Source of the DNA: Carcharhinus amblyrhynchos
Taxonomy: Eukaryota
NCBI GenBank assembly: GCA_965287045.1
Contig: OZ336876.1
Span: 85,932,001-85,996,000 of the forward strand
Length of the DNA: 64,000 bases
Reading direction: 5' to 3'
Below, in pieces: positions 60,001 through 64,000 of this stretch (its first letter is position 1; every line of letters begins with the position of its first letter). Under the pieces are notes generated by a model, which did no database searches, was not told the origin of the DNA, and saw nothing but the letters and a program-made list of their open reading frames with translations. The position numbers and the translations under genes were made by a program.

Positions 60001-61719
60001 GTAAGTCTTGAGTAAAATGATCATACGTCAAAGCCTTGTTTTGACTCCACATATTCTAATTGCAACAAGCTCTTTAACCCTTTAATTGTTAACTGCTTTA
60101 AAAATAACACAACCTCAATTTGGACTAACTGGTGGGGGTCTGTATTAGGATCCCTTTCTTGAATTGGAAGGTGCTCAGGAGAGGAGGAGGAGGCTGGTTC
60201 AGTCAGGGTTTAAACAGCAGTTGCTGTATCTAAATCAGTTTCAACCAACAAAATCAAGGTAGAAGGTATTTTTGAAGAAAGCAGAAGTGCTTAATGGATG
60301 ATTATATTGATCTCCTGCTTGATTCAAACTTAGTTCATGGGTGACAACACCTTATATTTTACCAAAGCTTCCCCCACTTGGTTGTAATTTTCAAGCATTA
60401 ATATAGTCTTTATTACTTAGGCCATTACTTTCCATGGGTTGCTCCTTCGACAAAGCTAGGACATCACCAGAAATGTGGTGAAAAATACCATTTATATTTG
60501 TAAATATGACTTTGCTGCACTTCCAGTGGACCAATTGCAAATGAGCAACAGTGAAGATGTTCAACAAGAAACTTATTTTTAATGTAATGAAATATCCTAA
60601 GACACTTTGCAGCGGCATTATAAGACAAAGTATAATACCAAGCTATATAAGGAGATATTAGATTAGATGGCTAAAAACTTGGTCAAAGAAGTAGGTTCTG
60701 AGGAGTGTCTTAAAGAAAGAAAAGGATATTCCAGAGTTTGGGATTTAGGCAGTTGAAGACATAGCCACCACAGCTGGAGCAATTAAAAGTGGTGATGCAT
60801 TAGAAGCAAGAATCAGTGAAGTTCTGATATCCAGGAGGGTTGTGAGGCTAGAGGAGATTACAAAGATGGAGCCAAATTTCCAAGCCATATCTTTATTCCT
60901 GCTTTGTGCCTTCTCTTTCAAGCACCTCACCTTATTTTACCCTATCACCTCCTCTTTGAAATCCTTGTTGGTCACACATTCTGATAGATCCTTCTTTGGC
61001 TTGTCTTTCACCTTTACTTTGTAACCCATATAAAGAAGTTTGGGGGGTTTTTTTCTGTTAGTCAATTTGAATTAATAATATTTATATGTAAAAGAGATCA
61101 AGTCAATGTGCTGTTTATTAAAATGGAAAAATTTAAATTATGGCAGGGTTTTGGAGACAGAGCAAGGGTGTACAACTAATCAAATATCTCTTTCAAAGCA
61201 CAAACACGGTGAGGTGAATGGGCACTGTTTTGTGCTGTATGTTTCTATCAACTACTGATTCATGTTATTTATGTTTTTGTCATTTTTAGTTTCTGTTTCG
61301 GACTTGTGCATAAATAAAAATCTTCTGTTTTACATTTAAACCCTCTAATCTTCTAATAGATGTAAAGATTAATCGTTCAACCTCACTCACTTGCTGAATT
61401 AGCCCTCCATGAACACAAAGTCAGAAAGTTGACAGACAGACCATTCCTGCAGTATGATTTCGTACCTTGAGGTGCCATTCACTACCTTGCCCAAATACTA
61501 TTCATGTTTGAATATTGTAAGTTGACAGCCCATTACACCTTGGGAGGGAACACCACAACCAAACTTTATCCTGACCTGGGCATTCATATTTTTTCCATGT
61601 TACATGTTGTTCAGGGTGTAATAATTCTCTTTTGCTGTTGTATGTTTATTTTGTCTGTTTAAATAAATATTTGAGCAGCTTGTTTCAAACTGAAATTGTT
61701 ATCTACTTTGTGATATCAT

Positions 61720-62760
61720 GAACATAAGAACATAAGAAGTAGGAGCAGGAGTAGGCCATCTAGCCCTTCGAGCCTGCCCCGCCATTCAATAAGATCATGG
61801 CTGATCTGAAGTGGCTCAGTTCCACTTTCCCGCTTTCTCCCCATAACCCTTAATTCCCTTGCGTATCAGAAACCTATCTACCCGTGACTTAAATATACTT
61901 AGCGAGGTAGCCTCCACCACATCAACGGGCAGAGAATTCCAGAGATTCACCACCCTTTGAGTGAAGAAGTTCCTCCTCAACTCCGTTCTAAACTGCCCCG
62001 CCCTTATCTTGGGGCTGTGCCCTCTATTCCTACTGTCCTTTCTGAGCGGGAAGAATCTCTCTACCTCTACCCTATCCATCCCCTTCATTATCTTATACGT
62101 CTCTATAAGATCCCCCCTCATCCTTCTAAACTCCAACAAGTACAGACCCAGTCTATTTAGTCTCTCTTCATAGTCCAACCCCCTCATCTCCGGTATCAGC
62201 CTAGTGAACCTCCTCTGCACTCCCTCCAAGGCCAAAATATCCTTGCGCAAGTGCGGCGACCAAAACTGCACACAGTACTCCAGCTGCGGCCTCACCAGTG
62301 CCCTGTACAGTTGCAGCAAGACCTCCCTGCTTTTATATTCTATCCGCATCAGTATAAAGGCCAGCATCCCATTCGCCTTCTTGATCACCTGCAGACTGGG
62401 TTTTTGCGACTCATGCACAAGGACCCCCAGGTCCCTCTGCACCGTAGCATGCTGCAGCTTTTCGCCCTTTAAATAGTAATCCCTCATACTATATTCCTGC
62501 CAAAGTGGATAACCTCACACTTGCTAACATTATACTCCATCTGCCAGGTCATCGTCCACTCGCTCAGCCTATCTAGATCCCTCTGCAGACTTGCCACACC
62601 CTCCGCACAATTTGCTTTTCCACTCATCTTTGTGTCATCAGCAAATTTCGTTACCCTACACTCAGCCCCCTCCTCCAGATCATCTGTATAAATGGTAAAT
62701 AGCTGAGGCCCCAGCACCGATCCCTGCGGCACTCCATTAGTCACCAATCGCCAACCACCA
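61720..62760 (-). mobile_element. CR1 fragment
   Basis: ORFs 61816-62487 and 62484-62760 (GVPQGSVLGP, FADD); 3' tail present. Confidence 0.95.
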
Positions 62761-63495
62761 GTTGGATTTTTAGTCCAGTAAGAATTAATTGTGGGAATCA
62801 GTGGTTCATTGTGCACTCTCTGATAAAGTGGTGTTGGAATGCAATGGAACAACTTAGGACAGGTCACCCACTTTCCCTTTTTGTGACAAGAACAGTGGCA
62901 CATGAAGGACTTAACTGGAGATCCAAACTGGTTTGTGGTCTTGGTCATTGAAGATATGATAAAAGTATTATTTTTAAAGGTGAATGACAGACATACCAAC
63001 CATTTCTTTCAGGGAAGGCCCCTGTATCCTCACTTGTCGGGACCTGATATCCTTGGTTCTTCTGGTAGGCCGGCTGCCAGCATACACCGCTTCATACTTT
63101 ATTGGAGTCAGCACCAAAGTCATTCATAAATGGATCCCAAATTCTAAATTGGGATGAACTGTCACAAATTTTCAGAGCCTAATCATTGTAATCCATACAA
63201 TAGCTAAAAATAGTGAACTAATTCTGTATTATACAAATTTAAAAACCATGTGTACTTTTTACTTGGCAATACTGTTAACCAAGTCACAAAGCAACTGTAC
63301 AGATGGAGTTCAATGTTCTTAAGATTTTACGTAGTGCAGTTTTTTTAGTGTCTTTTTTTTTGTTTCTTCACTTTTTTTCAAAATGGTTGTTTCTGGATCC
63401 AACTAAAGTTAGCCTTCATTCAACTTCTAATGTCCTTATTTTCATTTCATTCCAATATTAACTGAATTTCTGTTTATTTTCAATTTTTTTAATAG

Positions 63496-63608
63496 ACCAA
63501 CCTATTCTAACTGTGTGTCGCTATGATTCTTCTCCAGTGAACACTGGAGATCCTGAGCTTATTGACTGGTTGAGGAAACACGGAGCTGATGAAGATACAA
63601 TAGATAGG
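63496..63608 (+). CDS. MAP3K5: MAP3K5 exon (113 nt), start of the SAM domain
   Basis: taatag|ACCAA...GATAGG|gtaaga. DQPILTVCRYDSSPVNTGDPELIDWLRKHGADEDTIDR. The last exons lie beyond the window. Confidence 0.92.
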
Positions 63609-64000
63609 GTAAGATTACATGCATTCATTTACAGGTCATCTTCTGGCCACCAGTTTTATGTATTATTCCATTCATCTGTACAAATAATCATGGTAACTTG
63701 ATCTTTTACCAGTAGTGTAATTGAGATGATATCGGATTAGCTGCATGTTGCACACCTGTGCAGATTTTCCTTTACACTCTTTCAATGGCTGCCATAGCAG
63801 GTGCAGAATATGCCTCAGGTGTCCTGATCTGTTAATATGAAACATCACATCTCAACCGAGAATGTTTTAACCGCCAGTCCCTGCATCATCTCTATGTTGT
63901 TTACTTGAAATGCTGAATTGCTAAGACACTTGTACATGTGCAGCACACTACACAGGAATAACTGGTGCTGGGGACATAATGTAGAGTAAGTATGGATGCT

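Overview
Vertebrate genomic DNA, most likely from a shark or other elasmobranch, judged from abundant HE1-like tRNA-derived SINEs and CR1/HER1-like LINEs. The whole window lies inside one plus-strand gene, MAP3K5 (ASK1). Fourteen coding exons (771-63608, 2041 nt) splice into one uninterrupted frame of about 680 codons. They run from just before the kinase domain, through the kinase, the RSISLP 14-3-3 site and the C-terminal coiled coil, to the start of the SAM domain. One intron needs a GC donor. The introns are filled with CR1, L2, Rex-Babar and Penelope retroelements, several SINE families and MITEs, and almost all long ORFs in the supplied track are CR1 RT fragments or their antisense shadows. 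The most interesting non-coding signals are: a near full-length, rearranged U2 snRNA-derived insertion with an A-rich tail (33918-34157, minus strand); two Penelope minimal hammerhead ribozyme motifs; a ~130-bp-arm fold-back hairpin probably made by template switching; and a CR1 tail inserted at the likely branch point of a coding exon. Repeat boundaries are approximate and family names come from recognition by eye, not from a database search.
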